Assembly (NCBI GenBank): GCA_964655015.1 | Contig: CAZZKR010000002.1 | Span: forward strand, 11,211 to 75,210 | Reading direction: 5' to 3' | Source of the DNA: an uncultured Nitrososphaeria archaeon | Lineage (GTDB): Archaea; Thermoproteota; Nitrososphaeria_A; Caldarchaeales; Wolframiiraptoraceae | DNA: 64,000 nucleotides | Shown: in pieces, positions 62,475 to 64,000 of the stretch | Layout: the number at the start of each line of letters is the position of its first letter | How positions within the stretch are numbered: the first letter of the stretch is position 1 | The notes under the pieces: model-generated | What the model was told of the DNA's origin: nothing | What the model saw: the letters and a program-made list of their open reading frames with translations, nothing else | Databases searched by the model: none | Position numbers and translations under genes: made by a program

Positions 62475-64000
62475 TGGTCGAAAAAAGGCTTCGCATAGCC
62501 TTAGCTGGAAATACGAACGTTGGAAAATCGGTCATATTTAATTATCTCACCGGCTTACATCAACATATTGGCAACTGGCCTGGAAAAACCGTGGAAAAGG
62601 CCGAGGGAACCCTCCATTTCAAAGGTTATACAATCGACGTCATTGACCTGCCCGGAATTTATTCTCTCTCCACTTATTCCATTGAGGAGCAAATTTCGAG
62701 GGAGTACATTGTTGTTGAGAAGCCGGATGTTGTGATAAACGTCGTTGATGCCTCTGTTCTTGAAAGAAACCTTTACTTCACGTTGCAGCTTATGGAGTTG
62801 GGCGTCCCACTTGTTTTGGCGTTAAACCAAGTTGACATTGCTAAAAGGAAAGGCATCGAGATTGATGTAGAAAAATTAGAAAAGCTTCTGGGCATACCTG
62901 TTGTTCCAACAGTCGCAATAAAAGGTATGGGGATTTCCAAGCTATTAGAAAGAGTTATTGGTGTCGCAGAAAGAAAGGAAACTCCGAAGACGGTAATAAA
63001 GTTTGGAAAAGAAGTTGAAGATGGAATAGCCAGGCTTGTAAAGATGCTGGAGGGGGGCCATCATCGCTATCCGCCGAGGTACGTGGCGATCAGACTGCTA
63101 GAAGGGGATGAGGAACTGGAAAAGGAAATGGAACGGCTTAATCCTGAAGTGGTTGCTACAGCCAAGAAAATTTCAAGGGAACTCGAGGAACTCCACGGAC
63201 ATAGTTGTTCAACAGTTATAATGGCCGAGCGGTACGAAATCGCTGGCCGCATAGCTAGGGAGGTGCAAAAACTTGTACCCCCTATAAAACCGAGGTTTGA
63301 AGAATGCCTCCACAATCTTACAACCCATAAAATTGTTGGATACGTTATAATGGTTCTTTCACTCCTTGCAATATTCTATTCCGTCTTTACTATAGGAGGA
63401 CACATCTCAGAGTTTTTAAATGAGCTATTTTATGGCACAGAACCACTCTTCTACGAGCTTTTTGGAATAGGAGCCATCGGAAAGCTAGTGTGGAGCGTAA
63501 TGGAAGGACTTATCGCTGGTGTAACGATTGCGTTGCCGTACATCGTTCCATTCTACGTCATTCTCTACTTCCTCGAAGATTCCGGATACCTGAGCAGGAT
63601 CGCATTTTTGATGGATAACATTATGCATAAAATCGGGTTACATGGGAAGGCCGTTATTCCGTTAATTCTTGGCTACGGGTGCAACGTTCCAGCCTGCTTG
63701 GGATGCAGGATCATGGAAACCGAGAGGGAGAGACTTCTCGCCGTTTTTGTAACGACGCTTGTACCATGTGCAGCCCGCACAATAATAATTCTTGGTTTAG
63801 TTGGCGAATACTTGGGTATTGAATATGCATTGGCGCTTTATATCTTCAATTTAGCGATAATATTCGTTCTTGGAAGGTTGGCGTTTAAGGTTCTGCCAGG
63901 TGAACCCACTGCCCTAATCATGGAAATGCACGATTATAGATTGCCTCACCTAAAAACTGTTTTGAAGCAAACATGGTTTAGGTTACTTGAATTCATCAAA
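62471..64000 (+). CDS. feoB: Ferrous iron transport protein B, 3'-truncated by the window edge (absent from the ORF track because it has no stop)
   Basis: MMVEKRLRIALAGNTNVGKSVIFNYLTG (G1), DLPGIYSL (G3) and LNQVD (G4), then the membrane-domain sequence GYGCNVPA. The frame is open through base 64000. Confidence 0.9.
   Translation, partial: MMVEKRLRIALAGNTNVGKSVIFNYLTGLHQHIGNWPGKTVEKAEGTLHFKGYTIDVIDLPGIYSLSTYSIEEQISREYIVVEKPDVVINVVDASVLERNLYFTLQLMELGVPLVLALNQVDIAKRKGIEIDVEKLEKLLGIPVVPTVAIKGMGISKLLERVIGVAERKETPKTVIKFGKEVEDGIARLVKMLEGGHHRYPPRYVAIRLLEGDEELEKEMERLNPEVVATAKKISRELEELHGHSCSTVIMAERYEIAGRIAREVQKLVPPIKPRFEECLHNLTTHKIVGYVIMVLSLLAIFYSVFTIGGHISEFLNELFYGTEPLFYELFGIGAIGKLVWSVMEGLIAGVTIALPYIVPFYVILYFLEDSGYLSRIAFLMDNIMHKIGLHGKAVIPLILGYGCNVPACLGCRIMETERERLLAVFVTTLVPCAARTIIILGLVGEYLGIEYALALYIFNLAIIFVLGRLAFKVLPGEPTALIMEMHDYRLPHLKTVLKQTWFRLLEFIK

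Noticed and set aside
62520-63315. ORFs 62520-62735 (+) and 63067-63315 (-) from the track.
   Set aside because: Both lie inside the open feoB frame (62471 to the window end), which carries the G-domain and membrane-domain motifs.
1-64000. I looked for CRISPR arrays, rRNA genes, IS elements/transposases, toxin-antitoxin pairs and inteins.
   Set aside because: There are no regularly spaced 24-40-nt repeats, no rRNA-like conserved stretches, no DDE, IS200/IS605 or TnpB-like ORFs, and no size-anomalous housekeeping proteins. Only visual scanning was possible, so short or degenerate features could have been missed.

Overview
The window is an archaeal chromosomal segment. Supporting markers are a group II chaperonin (thermosome), GatD/GatE, a tRNA with a short non-canonical intron, strong GGTGATC-type Shine-Dalgarno sites beside leaderless-looking genes, and TrmB and Lrp/RAM regulators. 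About 80% is ordinary housekeeping: a complete but dispersed [NiFe]-hydrogenase maturation set (hypBACD, hypE, hypF, endopeptidase), thermosome, cofE, two NOL1/NOP2/Sun RNA methyltransferases, agmatinase, gatDE, an aminotransferase, an Opp/Dpp-type peptide ABC transporter with two aminopeptidase paralogs, an amino-acid permease, pyrG, a DtxR-regulated metal ABC transporter, a ferritin-VIT1 fusion, three GH130/DUF377 domains and a DtxR-feoAB cluster. Four tRNAs are present: Glu-CTC, Ala-TGC, intron-containing Asn-GTT and Ala-CGC. The accessory part is 49.2-56.1 kb. A 4,405-bp element is integrated into tRNA-Ala(CGC), bounded by a perfect 38-bp direct repeat. Its tyrosine integrase gene is split by the integration (SSV-type) and rejoins into one 389-codon ORF on in-silico excision. 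The cargo is ParB-like and wHTH proteins, with no recognisable replicase or capsid. It is followed by an AT-rich graveyard holding a second integrase fragment, a frameshifted HsdS-like pseudogene and one intact NucS/DUF91-like nuclease. A second locus of interest is a nurA-herA-ogg operon (22.4-28.5 kb) adjoined by three paralogous small wHTH proteins of unrecognised family. No CRISPR array, rRNA or transposase was seen. All functional calls rest on motif recognition in the supplied translations. No database search was possible.
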